Source of the DNA: Armatimonadota bacterium
Lineage (GTDB): Bacteria; Armatimonadota; UBA10988
DNA length: 15,672 nucleotides
Direction: 5' to 3'
Assembly: GCA_016235455.1 (NCBI GenBank)
Contig: JACRKZ010000075.1
Coordinates: 1 to 15,672 of the forward strand
Each line of letters begins with the position of its first letter. Positions within the stretch are counted from its first letter, which is position 1. The notes under the pieces were generated by a model that searched no databases, had not been told where the DNA came from, and saw only the letters and a list, made by a program, of their open reading frames with translations. This document shows, piece by piece, positions 15,091-15,672 of this stretch. The position numbers and the translations under genes were made by a program.

Positions 15091-15672
15091 TCAGGAGTTC
15101 TTGACCAGCGCCGCCTCGATAGCCGACGCCACGTCCTCGCAACAGTCGATGGCCTCCTCCAAATGGTCGTAGATCTCCTTCCACTTCATCACCTCGATGG
15201 CATCGGGCTCGTTGTGGAACAGATCGGCCAGGGCCTGCTTGACCACGCGGTCGGCGCGGTTCTCAATCTCGTTGATCCGCTCGATATGGGGCGTGTTGGC
15301 CGTGCGCAGATGGGCCAACTCGGAGCACACCACCTTCATGGCATCGGTAGCCTCCACCAGCAGGTCCGCCATCTGCGCCGCCGCGGCGGGAATGGCCTTG
15401 GGCGTGTACAGCGCCATGCGATCGACCGCCGCGCGCGTCTGGTCGACCACCTCGTCCAGCGCATGGGCCAACTCGAGAATGTCCTGGCGGTCGAACATGA
15501 TCGGTGTGACGAAGGTGTCGTTCAGGCGCTTCACGCAGTCGTGCCGCAGCGTGTCGACATCCTCTTCCACCACGGCCACCGGCTCAACCATGCTCTCGGC
15601 CGTCACGGATCCGTCCATAACCTGCTTTAGAAGGCCGCTTCCCTCGTGGGCCTTGATGCTCATCGCCTCGAA
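15091..15672 (-). CDS. DUF47/PhoU-like phosphate transport regulator, 5' end beyond the window
   Basis: Motifs E...D...H.....LN.TFVTP..DRQDI.EL...LD.VVD, IENRAD and KWKEIYD.LE.AID.CEDVA..IE...VKN. The frame stays open to the edge (TTC GAG GCG ATG = FEAM), so ATG 15663 is probably internal. Lies directly upstream of pit, the usual arrangement. Confidence 0.93.
   Translation of the reverse strand, partial: FEAMSIKAHEGSGLLKQVMDGSVTAESMVEPVAVVEEDVDTLRHDCVKRLNDTFVTPIMFDRQDILELAHALDEVVDQTRAAVDRMALYTPKAIPAAAAQMADLLVEATDAMKVVCSELAHLRTANTPHIERINEIENRADRVVKQALADLFHNEPDAIEVMKWKEIYDHLEEAIDCCEDVASAIEAALVKNS

Noticed and set aside
14064-15672. DUF47-pit pair as a novelty
   Set aside because: A very common arrangement with canonical motifs.

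Overview
High-GC bacterial chromosomal window with no rRNA, tRNA, CRISPR array or mobile element that I can support. It holds 11 genuine CDSs, two of them cut by the window edges. From left to right: a truncated gene and a GH130 mannoside phosphorylase on the minus strand; a divergent plus-strand cluster of a YhaM-like OB+HD nuclease, a DUF72 protein and a large secreted HzsA-related beta-propeller/di-heme protein; then a minus-strand run. Read in transcription order, that run is DUF47, PiT phosphate transporter, secreted DUF4185-like protein, threonine ammonia-lyase, ACT-malic enzyme, secreted discoidin+DUF4091/GH123-like protein, and a secreted papain-fold-like unknown with its own near-consensus sigma70 promoter. 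Several ORF-track starts are too long and are corrected here. The best candidate for an undescribed system is the yhaM-like/DUF72 pair, separated by 1 nt, in which the nuclease ends in a disordered tail with a beta-clamp-type motif (QASLF). The repertoire resembles Planctomycetota/Armatimonadota-type genomes (inference only). All family calls come from motif recognition, not database searches.
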